This document shows, piece after piece, positions 27,243 to 37,624 of a DNA stretch of 64,000 bases. The notes beneath the pieces were generated by a model. That model did not search any database and was not told the DNA's origin. It worked only from the letters and a program-made list of their open reading frames with translations. Origin of the DNA: an uncultured bacterium (GTDB lineage: Bacteria; Zixibacteria; MSB-5A5; CAIYYT01); contig CAVSCK010000004.1 in assembly GCA_963726455.1 (NCBI GenBank), positions 800,001-864,000 on the forward strand, written 5' to 3'. The first letter of the stretch is position 1; every line of letters starts with the position of its first letter. The position numbers and the translations under genes are program-made.

Positions 27243-28802
27243 ATGGCGAAGATTGTTGAATGTGTTCCGAATTTTTCCGAGGGCAGACGTCCGGAAATCA
27301 TCAAGAGTATTACCGATACGATTACTTCAGTCCCCGGAGTCGTGCTGCTTGATTCGGAGATGGACAAGGATCATAACCGCGCGGTGGTAACTGTCGCGGG
27401 TGAACCGAACGCGATGAAGAAGGCGATGTTCCTTGGCATCAAGAAGGCGGCGGAGGTGATCGACCTGCGGACGCACAAGGGCGAGCATCCGCGCATGGGC
27501 GCGACCGATGTTTGCCCGTTCGTTCCGATCAGCGAGATGACGACCGAGGAATGTATCGAGCTGGCAAAGTCACTTGGCGAACAGGTGGGAAGCGAATTGC
27601 AGATTCCGGTATATCTGTACGATCAGGCGGCGACACGGCTGGAGCGCCAGAGCTTGCCCAATATCCGCAATAAGCATGGCGAGTATGAAGGAATCAAGGC
27701 CAAGATCGCGACCGAGCCGGAACTGGCGCCGGATTATGGTCCGCGCAAGGTGCACGAGCAGGCGGGCGCGATCGCGATCGGCGTGCGGTTTCCGCTTATT
27801 GCGTTCAATGCCTATCTCGGCACCAACAATGTCGATATCGCCAAACGGATTGCCAAGGCGATTCGCTCAAACACCGGCGGATTTGCGTTCTGCCGCGCGC
27901 TGGGATTTGAGATCGCCGACCGCAATTGCGTGCAGGTGTCGATGAACATGATCAATTACCTGCAGACACCGCTTTACCGCGTGCTGGAGACGATCAAGTC
28001 GGAGGCGGCGCGCTGGGGTACGATGGTGACGTCGACCGAGATCGTCGGACTGGTGCCGAGTGAGGCGATCACCAATTCGGCGCGCTGGTATCTGATGCTG
28101 GAGAATTTCAGCAAAGAACAGATTCTTGAAGAACGATTGAACAAGGCGACGGAAGGCCAGGCGACGCAGTCAGGGACTATCGACATTCGTGGAGAGTGTG
28201 GCGTCATCCTCCCCTGCTCCGGGTGGCGGCTCGGTGTCGGCAGCGGCAGGATCGCTGGCGGCAGGCGTTGGCTTCGATGGTCTGCCGATTGACGCTCGGC
28301 AAGAAGAAATACGCCGAAGTGCAGGATCAGGTGACGGCGATTCTGAGTCAGAACCGACAAGTTGAAGGATGAGCTATACGAATTGGTGCAGCGCGACGCG
28401 TCAGCGTTTGATGACGTGATGGCGGCGATGAAACTGCCGAAAGAAACTGAGGAACAACAGAAGCAGCGCGCAGGAGGCAATTCAGAAAGCAACGATCATG
28501 GCGACGCGTACGCCTCTGGAAGTTATGAACAAGTCGTTGCAGGCGCTTGATCTGGCAATTGAAGATTGCGAAGATCGGCAACGTCAATTCGGTGAGCGAC
28601 GCCGGTGTCGGCTCGCTGATGGCACGGACGGCTGTTGAAGGGGCGTTCTACAACGTGCAAATCAATCTGCCGGGCATTGCGGACAAGGCGATTGCCGAGG
28701 AAATAGATCGAGAAGCACGGCAGATTCTGACAGCGGCTGAGGAACAAAGCGAAAATCGCGCGCGACATCGTGCTTGAGAAAATCGGATGCCGGAAAAACT
28801 AA
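27243..28802 (+). CDS. ftcD: Bifunctional glutamate formimidoyltransferase / formiminotetrahydrofolate cyclodeaminase; six +1 frameshifts in the cyclodeaminase half
   Basis: 'ECVPNFSEGR', 'HPRMGATDVCPF'; the cyclodeaminase 'SPAPGGGSVSA...MVCRLT.GKKKY...GNVNSVSDAGV...NVQINL' reassembles after removing single bases near 28173, 28264, 28352, 28473, 28558 and 28752. Confidence 0.88.
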
Positions 28803-29615
28803 TCGATCTGCATTTACATACGCATCACTCCGATGGATCGTGTACGCCTGAGGAGACGATGCAGCGTGCACACGAAACCGGATTGTCGGCGATGGCGATC
28901 ACCGACCACGACAGTCTGTCGGCGATCGATGAGGCGCGGAAATACGCCGACGGTATCGAGTTCGTAACCGGCGTGGAATTGTCATGCCATTATCAGGGCG
29001 TCGACATTCACATGCTGGCCTACTTCGTCGATCCGACCTATCCGCCGCTAGTCGAGAAGGTGAAGTTCTATCAGCAGGAACGGCTCAAACGCGGCATCCT
29101 GATCGTAGAGAAGCTGAACGAGCTGGGGATCGATCTGAAGATGGAGACCGTACAGCGCATGGCCAAGGACGCCACGATCGGCAGAGTACACGTCGCCGAT
29201 GCCCTGCTGAAGGAAGAGTATGTGCAGGACGTTTGACGAGGCCTTCAGCCGTTATCTGGGCTACCATGCTCCGGCCTATGTTCCCAAGACGCATTTCGAA
29301 CCGGCGGAAGCGATTGAACTGGTGCATCAGGCGGGCGGTATCGCGGTGATGGCGCATCCGGGCTCAACGCGCCGCGACGATGCGATCGCGTTTCTGAAGG
29401 GGGTCGGCATGGATGGCCTTGAAGTCTATCATTCTAAACACACACCGGCCCAGGTACGTCATTACAAAGAGATGGCCACGCGCAACAGTCTGCTGGTTTC
29501 CGGCGGGTCCGACTGGCATGGTCGCAACGACCCGCGCTCGGAAATGGGAAATCAGCGCGTATCTTATTCGGTGCTTGCACGCATGAAGGACTACCTGGAA
29601 GCCCGTGGCAAATGA
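28787..29615 (+). CDS. PHP-domain phosphoesterase (YciV/TrpH-like); one +1 frameshift at about 29227
   Basis: 'DLHLHTHHSDG', 'AITDHD', 'GVELS', 'GRVHVA', 'AHPG', 'GGSDWHG'. Confidence 0.88.
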
Positions 29616-29637
29616 AAATGATCTGAAAGGAGTTGCC

Positions 29638-31533
29638 GTGACAATCCGTACCCACGTACTCACTGCCCTACTATTCGCACTTATCCTTGTTCCCTCTGTG
29701 AGCTATGCCGACGAGGCGCTGGATACTTACAACCAGATCAAGCAGTATTTTCCGTACGCAAATAGCTCCACGGCGCTGACAGGCCAGCCGGCCGGGACCG
29801 ACAGTGTGCAGTTTGTCAAATGCGGAACTCCAATCATGAGATTGGCGCAAGGACTGCCTGAAGAATACCGCAAGGCACTGGGGATCATGACCTACGCCCA
29901 TAGGCCATATTGGTCCGACCTGCCGCTAGTGTTCCGCTCAGCGTCGGGTCGCTTTGTCATTCATTACAACAACACTCCGGGCAACCAGGACCAAATCAAC
30001 CAGACCTTTGGTGATGCCAACGCGAACGGTGTTCCTGACTACGCTGAGATCGTTGCCAGAATAGCGGATTCAGTTTGGGTGCATCATATAGATTCGCTTG
30101 GCTTTCACGAACCGCTCAATGACAGCGCGTATGTATGGGGTGACGGACCGGGGTATGACATCTATGTCGGTCACCTTGGCGCCGGGTATTACGGAGCTAC
30201 CATGAGCGATACGGTCATAGTTGACGGCACCCACTATAGGGCGACAAGTTGGATGCAACTCCAGAATCACTACGAAACGTTCCAGGGATATGCCCACCGA
30301 CCGATTGAAGCGTTACAGGTCACAATTGCGCACGAGTTCCTGCACGCGCTTCAGTTCTGGTACGATGGTATTGAGGATTGCACTGATCCCATATGTGCTG
30401 GGCGCAATGGATACTGGATGGAAATGTCGGCGGTCTGGGCGGAAGATGAAACATACAATAATGTAAATGACTATTACTACTACCTTCCATCATATTTCCC
30501 GCATATCGATCGCTCTCTGCGATTCTGGCAAACCACCGGTGTGTGGGAACCCAACTATCCATACGGCGCAGGTGTATTCCCCATGTATCTTTCACAACGA
30601 TTTGGCAGGGACATCGTAAGAAAAGCCTGGGAGCATTGTGGCGATGTCAATGGAGGAAATTTCCTCGAGAGTGCACTTAGCAGTGCGCTTGCCGAAATGA
30701 CCGGTGGGCAGATTGATATGCCCCATGCCTGGACCGAATATAGCCGCTGGCTCTTTTTCACCGGCGCGCGCACGCGGCCAGGCCAGTTTTATCGAGAAGC
30801 ATCCAACTATCCGGCGATTCCTGACTCGGCTCTGAATAATGTCAACGCGAACGTGCCATACATTCGCACTTTTAGTCAATACCCGATCTCGATGCCTGAT
30901 ACCAGGGGATTCCAATTCTATCCCGATGACTTCGCTTTTAATTATCTGGATTTCAAAACTTCCACGCTGGATAGCGTACTCACGTTTACGTTCGACGGTT
31001 CCAAAGTAGGTGATGCCTCAGATTGGCGCATAACTGCCATTGCCTACAGCTCCACCGACCCGTCGAGCGCCATCTGGATCGACGACGTGCTTCACACAAA
31101 CAAAGAGACATTCGAGGAAAAGGACTTCCACGCTTACACGGATATTTTGATCGTTCCGACGTTGGTCAATCCGGCCTTACACTGGAGCCGGAACGCTTAC
31201 CAATTTGCCGTGGCTGACACTTCAATTCCGATCACCAATGACCAGATCACCTATGGACCGTCCAAGATATTCCCGAACGGCAGCGATCCCGATCAGGCAT
31301 CGTTGAAAGTATATGTCAAGACGATCAACGGCGGCAATGTCACGATGAATGTCTTCACGACGGCCGGTGAGAAAGTGTTTTCGACATCAAAGACCGTCCC
31401 GCAAGCCACGCTCGATCAATTGCAGTGGGATGCGAACAGTGACTATGATCAGCAGGTGGCATCGGGCGTCTATGTCGTGCAGGTGCGGTTCGGCGGATCG
31501 GAGCAACACTTCAAGGTACTGGTAGTTCGTTGA
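29638..31533 (+). CDS. Secreted zinc metalloprotease (MXAN_6640-like) with FlgD-Ig/CTD-like C-terminus
   Basis: Signal peptide, 'KCGT', 'DANANGVPDY', 'TIAHEFLHALQF', 'WMEMSAVWAED'; C-terminal 'FTTAGEKV...WDANSD...VASGVYVV'; GTG start with AAGGAG SD. Confidence 0.82.
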   Translation: MTIRTHVLTALLFALILVPSVSYADEALDTYNQIKQYFPYANSSTALTGQPAGTDSVQFVKCGTPIMRLAQGLPEEYRKALGIMTYAHRPYWSDLPLVFRSASGRFVIHYNNTPGNQDQINQTFGDANANGVPDYAEIVARIADSVWVHHIDSLGFHEPLNDSAYVWGDGPGYDIYVGHLGAGYYGATMSDTVIVDGTHYRATSWMQLQNHYETFQGYAHRPIEALQVTIAHEFLHALQFWYDGIEDCTDPICAGRNGYWMEMSAVWAEDETYNNVNDYYYYLPSYFPHIDRSLRFWQTTGVWEPNYPYGAGVFPMYLSQRFGRDIVRKAWEHCGDVNGGNFLESALSSALAEMTGGQIDMPHAWTEYSRWLFFTGARTRPGQFYREASNYPAIPDSALNNVNANVPYIRTFSQYPISMPDTRGFQFYPDDFAFNYLDFKTSTLDSVLTFTFDGSKVGDASDWRITAIAYSSTDPSSAIWIDDVLHTNKETFEEKDFHAYTDILIVPTLVNPALHWSRNAYQFAVADTSIPITNDQITYGPSKIFPNGSDPDQASLKVYVKTINGGNVTMNVFTTAGEKVFSTSKTVPQATLDQLQWDANSDYDQQVASGVYVVQVRFGGSEQHFKVLVVR

Positions 31534-32051
31534 GTGCAAAACGAGTCGCGGCGATTGGCGTCTTTGCGGCGCTAGCGTACGTCGGCTCGTTTGTCTTGAT
31601 GACCATACCGAACGCCACGCTGTCAATACTTCTCGTGTTCTTCGCCGGCTATTATTTAGGCATTACCGGCGGCGCTCTGACAGGTGTAGTGAGCGCGCTG
31701 TTGATTTCACTGTTTAATCCCTACGGCTTGGCGATGCTGCCGATTCTGGTGGCACAGGTATTCGCCTACATGGTTATTGGCGGACTGGGCGGCTTGTTTT
31801 CCGGGCGTACCGGGTTCGATGATTATGGTCGCTCCCTGATTCCGCTGGCTCTGCTTGGTTTGTTGACGGCGCTGATTTATCAGGTACCGGTGTCGCTGGC
31901 CGATGCCTGGCTGTTCGGCCCTTTCTGGGCGCGGCTAACGATGTCAGCCGGGTTTGCGTTGATTACTATTGTTTCGAATATTCTCTTCTTCGTGCTGCTC
32001 TTTCCCCTGCTTGCAAAATTGAAAAAAGTCGGTATCTTCCGGCTCAGCTAA
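31530..32051 (+). CDS. ECF transporter substrate-binding (S) component, CbrT-like
   Basis: 173 aa, 5-6 TM segments, AxxxA-type TM1 'AIGVFAAL', 'IPN' loop. Confidence 0.75.
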   Translation: MSAKRVAAIGVFAALAYVGSFVLMTIPNATLSILLVFFAGYYLGITGGALTGVVSALLISLFNPYGLAMLPILVAQVFAYMVIGGLGGLFSGRTGFDDYGRSLIPLALLGLLTALIYQVPVSLADAWLFGPFWARLTMSAGFALITIVSNILFFVLLFPLLAKLKKVGIFRLS

Positions 32052-32118
32052 TTGAAGCTTGAGAAGACAGTGATCACCGACGGTTACAGCCGGGCAATCT
32101 GTCAGGGAGCTTGAAGGA

Positions 32119-34098
32119 TTGAGGCGATTTCCAAGTTATCTGCTCTTATTTTGCAGTCTGCCGATATTGCTGTATGCCGCTGATTCTACACGCGTCGTGG
32201 TTCCTGATTCGACGACCAGGACGGATTCCACGCAGATCGTTCGCCCGGATTCAGCGGCCCAGATCGATACCACCGGGACAGCCGACACCACATTCGTAAC
32301 CCCTGCCCTGCTGAAGCCGCCGGCGCGGGTGCGGGAGTTCGCCAAGTTGACTCCTTATCTCGATAGTCTGATAACGCTGATGTTCGGCGCTGAAAAGCAA
32401 CCTGCGCTTGATCTGGACCTGCCACAGATGTCGTCACGGTTCTATTACGATCCCATGCTGTTTCGCTTTTCATCCTCGGACTGGGGCGAATTCGAGACGG
32501 TCAATCCGCTCGGAATGCCGGCCTCGACGATGTCGTGCGTCGACCCGCTAGTTGGCGATGAGTCGTTCGCCAATCCGATTCCCCGGCCGGGCGGCGAGGA
32601 ACTTACGCGGATGCAGTATGCCAACGGCTATCGGTTGCTGTCACCGGCACTGGCCGGAGCAGCATCGCCATTCGGCAGACCGTTTGTCGTGTATCAGAAG
32701 TTTCAGTTGCCGAATAGCGATACGTCACTCAGCAAGATCTATGTCACGCGTGGCACCGGCGGCTTTGCGAATACAACGTTTACGTTCGAGAATCATTTTG
32801 GCCCGGCGGGTATTGTGAACGCCGACGGAACGTTTATCAAGCGCAATAAAGTGCAATCGTATTCTGCCGCCAATCTCACGCGCTTGCGCCTGATGAGCCA
32901 GCCACGATTGGCGCAAGGACTCGATGCGACAGTCGGCTTGTTCATCGACCGGCTGAACGGCGACAAGCAGTACGCTGCACTTAGCACGTTTACGCCGGGA
33001 GCGCTGAGCGACAACTATTCCGGCATTTTCGGGCGTTTTTCCTACTATGCAAGTAAGAAGGTCAACTATCGGGGTTCGCTGGTGTACCGCGCCGACGATC
33101 AGCGAATCGACTTTACGGGACTCGGTTCCCACCAGCGATTTCAGGTACTGGACGGGCATCTGTCGCAGCAGATTCAAGGCAAGCACAACTTCTTCGAACT
33201 CGGCGGAGACGTGCGATATTTGAAATACACGGAAAACAGCAAAGCCCACAATGCAATCTACTATAATGCGGTCGCCGGCGAAATCGTCGGGCTGTTGCCG
33301 CAAGTCAACGGCTATGCCTCCGCAAGCCTGCGCGGCTCCACCGATCTCAAGATCAAACCGGGCGCAACGGTCGGTGTTGAGTATCGCTTCGATAGTTTGC
33401 GGGCACTGTCGCTGATGGCGTCCCGCACTGTTGCGATGCCGCAACCGGAGATGCTTTATCTGCGACCCGTGTTCGGACAGTTGGAAGACACGATTCCGGA
33501 TTACCGCATCAGTGGCGACGATCAACTTGAATCGGGATACATTAACAGTCTGGAGTCAATGCTACAGTACAAGTTCAACAACGTGCTGTCAACTTCGGCT
33601 CGCGTCGGCTATGCCAATTTCCGGAGTCTTCCGATCTGGGATGTCGACTTCAGCCAGTATGCCAAAGGCGATTACCGCGCAACCGCGGCGGATCGCAATC
33701 TGGTATATGCCTCGGTGTCCGCGCGGCTGACCCTGCCTCATGGGATCTTCGGTCAGGGCGCATATGCGTTCCGGCATGTTTACCACAGCGCCATTGATTA
33801 TGCGGAGGGACCGCGCCAGATAGCTTCAGGGTACGCAGGGATTCGTTTTCCGATACATAAACTCAAGATCATGGTCAACGGCGCGATCGGCGGGCGGTTT
33901 CGCTCGGAGACGCGCAATTTGCTCGGCGGCAACGACGGAGCACGTTTCGTCGCTGAAGCATACCTGGGGTTCGACTTGAAGAGCTTTCATTTCTTTTACA
34001 ACTACACGAATCTACTCAACGTTAACTATTTTGCCGGTGGTTACAACCAGCCCGGCCGTGCGATCTGGTGGGGATTCACCTGGGCGTTCATTGATTAG
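32119..34098 (+). CDS. Putative outer-membrane beta-barrel (putative porin / TBDT-like)
   Basis: Signal peptide, Asp/Thr-rich linker, alternating amphipathic strands, C-terminal 'PGRAIWWGFTWAFID'. Confidence 0.72.
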   Translation: MRRFPSYLLLFCSLPILLYAADSTRVVVPDSTTRTDSTQIVRPDSAAQIDTTGTADTTFVTPALLKPPARVREFAKLTPYLDSLITLMFGAEKQPALDLDLPQMSSRFYYDPMLFRFSSSDWGEFETVNPLGMPASTMSCVDPLVGDESFANPIPRPGGEELTRMQYANGYRLLSPALAGAASPFGRPFVVYQKFQLPNSDTSLSKIYVTRGTGGFANTTFTFENHFGPAGIVNADGTFIKRNKVQSYSAANLTRLRLMSQPRLAQGLDATVGLFIDRLNGDKQYAALSTFTPGALSDNYSGIFGRFSYYASKKVNYRGSLVYRADDQRIDFTGLGSHQRFQVLDGHLSQQIQGKHNFFELGGDVRYLKYTENSKAHNAIYYNAVAGEIVGLLPQVNGYASASLRGSTDLKIKPGATVGVEYRFDSLRALSLMASRTVAMPQPEMLYLRPVFGQLEDTIPDYRISGDDQLESGYINSLESMLQYKFNNVLSTSARVGYANFRSLPIWDVDFSQYAKGDYRATAADRNLVYASVSARLTLPHGIFGQGAYAFRHVYHSAIDYAEGPRQIASGYAGIRFPIHKLKIMVNGAIGGRFRSETRNLLGGNDGARFVAEAYLGFDLKSFHFFYNYTNLLNVNYFAGGYNQPGRAIWWGFTWAFID

Positions 34099-34112
34099 CT
34101 TTTGAGGGTTTT

Positions 34113-34661
34113 ATGAACCGCGACTTCGCCTATCAATTGGTTTGTGAGAAGATACAGCAAGAGAATTTGATCAAGCATATTATCAGCGTCGAAGCGGTTA
34201 TGCGCCGTCTGGCCCAGCACTTCAATGAGGATGTCGAACGCTGGGGGCTGGTCGGACTCTTGCATGATCTAGACTATGCCGAAACGGTGAACTCACCGGA
34301 GCGCCACACGTTCCTCACCAAGGAGTGGTTGGCCGCCTATCCGGAGATCGATGCGGAAATGATTCACGCGATTCAGGCGCACGCCGAGCATGTAGAGTGC
34401 CAGTCGCGCATGGATTGGGCAATTTATGCTACCGATCCGACTACCGGTTTGATTACCGCGGCAGTCCTGATGCATCCATCGAAAAAGCTCGACCAGCTGG
34501 AAGTGAAGTCGATATTGAAGCGATTCAAAGATAAGCGTTTTGCAATGGGCGCGCGACGAGATGCCATCGCCAAGTGCGATCAATTGGGGCTGACAATGGA
34601 AGAGTTCATGACTTTGGCGCTGGATGGCATGCGTTCGATTGCCGAACAATTGGGATTGTGA
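34113..34661 (+). CDS. HD-superfamily hydrolase (HDIG-type)
   Basis: 'LIKH...VEAVMR', 'GLLHDLDY', 'AIQAH', 'FKDKRFA'. Confidence 0.88.
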   Translation: MNRDFAYQLVCEKIQQENLIKHIISVEAVMRRLAQHFNEDVERWGLVGLLHDLDYAETVNSPERHTFLTKEWLAAYPEIDAEMIHAIQAHAEHVECQSRMDWAIYATDPTTGLITAAVLMHPSKKLDQLEVKSILKRFKDKRFAMGARRDAIAKCDQLGLTMEEFMTLALDGMRSIAEQLGL

Positions 34662-34703
34662 TTACAGACAGACCAAGTCCTTACGACCGGTCGGAATGAA
34701 TTC

Positions 34704-36062
34704 GTGACAAGCAACAGCCGGGAAATTCAGGGAGGCCGTCTCAGGCGCGCACAGTTCGCCTGGGGGATGTACGATTTCGCCAACACGATCTTCTCGATGA
34801 ACATCGTGACCTTCTACTTCTCGCCGTGGATCATTCTCACGCTGGGAGTGGAAGACATCTGGTATTCGGTCGCGTACTCGGTGTCAATGGTATTGGTGGC
34901 TTTGACCATGCCAGGCCTGGGACGCAAGGCCGACCACACGGCAGGCAAGGTGCGGGGCCTGCGGCAGTTCACGGTGCTCTGTGTGTTGTTCACTATTCTG
35001 CTGTCGCTGGTGGCCATTATGCACCTGAGCGTGACGGTTACCGCGATGTTGGCGCTGCTGTGTTTTGCGGGGGCGAATTTCTTCTATGAGGGCGGGAGCA
35101 CATTCTATAACTCGTTGTTAGCCGATGTGTCGGACGAAAGCAATGTGGGCAAGGTGTCTGGGATTGGTGTGGCATTGGGATATGCCGGAGCGATTGCGGG
35201 ATTGTTTCTGGTGGTGCCGTTTGTCAATGGCACATTTTCGGCGACAATGACGGGACGCGAATACGCGTTTCTGCCGACGGGCGTATTCTTCCTGCTATTT
35301 GCGTTGCCGGCGTTCTATTGGATCAGGGAGCGGAGACATACGCAGGCGGCGGGCACTGAAGATGAAAGCTATCTCAAACGCATGCGCCTGACCTTGAAGG
35401 AGACTCGCGATTATCCGGGTGTGTTGCGATTCCTGATCAGTGACTTTTTGGTTGAGGACGCGATCGCCACGACAATTGTCTTCATGGCGGTCTACGCTGA
35501 AGCGGTGGTCGGTTTTGTCGAGGCGGACAAGCGGATACTCTTCATTTCGTCGACGGCATTTGCCTTCGGAGGGTCGTTCTTGTTCGGTTACCTCACGGAC
35601 TGGATCAAGCCGAAGAATGCGCTGATCATTGCCCTGATCGGCTGGGCGCTGGTGCTGTCAGTCGGCGTGGTTATCAGCAGCAAGACCCTGTTGTATTTCG
35701 TCGGCGGGTTTGTGGGAATATTTCTTGGCGCGGTTTGGACGACGGCGCGCCCACTGCTAAACAGTCTCGTCCCCAAGGAGAAGCTGGGGCAGTTTTATGG
35801 CTTGTATTCCCTTTCGGGCAGATCGGCCGCGACAGTCGGCCCTTTGATCTGGGGCGTAATCGCACTTATTGGCAAGCAAGATATGCCGCTGGGACGAATG
35901 ACACTGGGTCTGCTGTCATCGCTGGGAGTCGAAATTACCACCAATCTTCAGCAGACGATTCACTATCGTTTGGCGCTGGCGTCGTTGTTGATCGCGATGC
36001 TGGCGGGGCTGATTGGCTTCATTAAAGTGCCAAATCGGCGCAGGTACGAAGGCGACAAATAA
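34704..36062 (+). CDS. MFS transporter, UMF1/ATG22/BtlA family
   Basis: 'WGMYDFANTIF', 'FYNSLL', 'VSGIGVALGY', 'FYGLYSLSGR'; 12 TM segments. Confidence 0.9.
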   Translation: MTSNSREIQGGRLRRAQFAWGMYDFANTIFSMNIVTFYFSPWIILTLGVEDIWYSVAYSVSMVLVALTMPGLGRKADHTAGKVRGLRQFTVLCVLFTILLSLVAIMHLSVTVTAMLALLCFAGANFFYEGGSTFYNSLLADVSDESNVGKVSGIGVALGYAGAIAGLFLVVPFVNGTFSATMTGREYAFLPTGVFFLLFALPAFYWIRERRHTQAAGTEDESYLKRMRLTLKETRDYPGVLRFLISDFLVEDAIATTIVFMAVYAEAVVGFVEADKRILFISSTAFAFGGSFLFGYLTDWIKPKNALIIALIGWALVLSVGVVISSKTLLYFVGGFVGIFLGAVWTTARPLLNSLVPKEKLGQFYGLYSLSGRSAATVGPLIWGVIALIGKQDMPLGRMTLGLLSSLGVEITTNLQQTIHYRLALASLLIAMLAGLIGFIKVPNRRRYEGDK

Positions 36063-36111
36063 CAGCCGTTCATCCGACCGTTCCAGCCGACTAATCCACT
36101 CCAGATTTAGA

Positions 36112-36139
36112 TTGCCAAATCGGCGAAAATTGTTATATT
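36112..36139 (+). promoter_or_regulatory. Sigma70-type promoter for the M23 / FG-GAP dockerin gene pair
   Basis: TTGCCA-16-TATATT with TGn extension, then SD GGAG before GTG 36175. Confidence 0.5.
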
Positions 36140-36174
36140 TCAAGCGGTTCGCCAGCTACTACTCCGGAGCCGCA

Positions 36175-37623
36175 GTGTATAGAATCGTTCTGTTATCGTT
36201 CATAATCTTAATCAATTCCACAACTTATGCAGTTATTCCCTGGCCGTTCGAACCGTTTGACTCGGCGCAGCCGATCGGCAATAGTTATGGCGAGTATCAG
36301 GATTACGGCGGCGGGGCGTATCTTCATCCCGGCATCGACATACTGCATCCGGCAGGAACTCCGGTATACGCCGTCAAATCGGGCTGGGTGAAGGCCGTAC
36401 TTACCACGGCAGCGGATTTGCACTGGCGTGTTGCGATCGCCGATTGTGACGGCGCGGATAGTTGCGACGGCTGGCTCTACGCTCATCTTGATGCCCAGAC
36501 TATCGCCGTGAGTGAAGGCGATCATGTCGACAGCGGGCAGTTTCTCGGCAACATTGTCACCTGGCCGAACGCCGACTTTCACCATTGCCATTTCGTGAAG
36601 ATTCGTAATGCCGGCCTAACGTGGACAGCCGACTGGTTGTTCGTCGGAAATCCGCTGGATGAACTGGTCAATGCCGAGGACACCACAGCACCGGTAATAC
36701 TCAATGTCGGACCCGGCGCGCCGTTTCGGTTCTGTAAGGACAACACCAACTTCTTCTTCCCGATTGGTGGACCGCTGAATGGCAATGTTGATATTGTTGC
36801 GGAGGCACTGGATCGGGTCGGACATCCTACCTGGATGTTATCACCATATGCGATGGGTTACGACATCTATTCCGATTCGGTTCATCTGGGACCCTATACA
36901 TCGTTTGTCTTCTCAGGCCTGTTGCAGTGGGATCAGGTTCAGCACGTGATTTACAAAAACTCCGGCCCCTGCAATTCTGCCGGTGACTACGATCAACGTG
37001 TATTCTATGAAATACTGACCAATCATGACGACGACTCGCTGGTTGAATTGAGCGATACGACGGGCAAATGGGCGACCGGGCAGGCGCCAAATGATACATA
37101 CAGAGTTCGAGTCTGGGCTCGTGACCAGCATGGAAACACTGCCTGGGACAGCATGACGGTCGCGACAGCCAACTTCTATGACATCGGCGGAACAGTGACT
37201 ACCAGCGATGATTGCCCGGTCAACTCAGGCTCACTAGTGACTGTCACACTATCGGGTGCGCAGGCCTCGACTGCCGTTGACGGCAGTTTCGGTATTGCGT
37301 CGCAGCCGGCGGGAAGATATCGAATTATCGCGTCGCGTGAGGGCTATCAGACCTGTTCCGAGATTTATGAGGTTTTGAGTCCGAGGAACCTGTCGATCAT
37401 GCTCGAACCGGCGCCCTATGTGAATGGCGACGTCGATAATTCCGGCAACGTCGACATTTCCGATGCGGTTTACCTCATTCAGTTCATTTTCAATGACGGC
37501 CCGGCGCCAAAACCCTGGTCGGCGGCAATGCAAATTGACGGCGACCCGGCAGTGGATATTTCGGATGTAGTCTACTTGATAGGATACATATTCGGAGGCG
37601 GCCCGCCACCGGAAGGGAGATAG
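36175..37623 (+). CDS. Secreted M23-family metallopeptidase with carboxypeptidase-regulatory-like domain and C-terminal dockerin
   Basis: 'HPGID' (HxxxD), 'YAHL', 'HCHF' (HxH); 'GRYRIIASREGY'; dockerin 'GDVDNSGNVDISDAVYLIQFIF...DGDPAVDISDVVYLIGYIFGGG'. Confidence 0.85.
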   Translation: MYRIVLLSFIILINSTTYAVIPWPFEPFDSAQPIGNSYGEYQDYGGGAYLHPGIDILHPAGTPVYAVKSGWVKAVLTTAADLHWRVAIADCDGADSCDGWLYAHLDAQTIAVSEGDHVDSGQFLGNIVTWPNADFHHCHFVKIRNAGLTWTADWLFVGNPLDELVNAEDTTAPVILNVGPGAPFRFCKDNTNFFFPIGGPLNGNVDIVAEALDRVGHPTWMLSPYAMGYDIYSDSVHLGPYTSFVFSGLLQWDQVQHVIYKNSGPCNSAGDYDQRVFYEILTNHDDDSLVELSDTTGKWATGQAPNDTYRVRVWARDQHGNTAWDSMTVATANFYDIGGTVTTSDDCPVNSGSLVTVTLSGAQASTAVDGSFGIASQPAGRYRIIASREGYQTCSEIYEVLSPRNLSIMLEPAPYVNGDVDNSGNVDISDAVYLIQFIFNDGPAPKPWSAAMQIDGDPAVDISDVVYLIGYIFGGGPPPEGR

Positions 37624-37624
37624 A

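Noticed and set aside
27243-28802. Programmed frameshifting or pseudogene for ftcD
   Set aside because: Six scattered +1 indels with no slippery heptamer and otherwise intact motifs; best explained as sequencing error.
36013-36174. N-terminal extension of the M23 protein
   Set aside because: It overlaps the MFS gene and a promoter-like sequence; the SD and signal peptide support GTG 36175.
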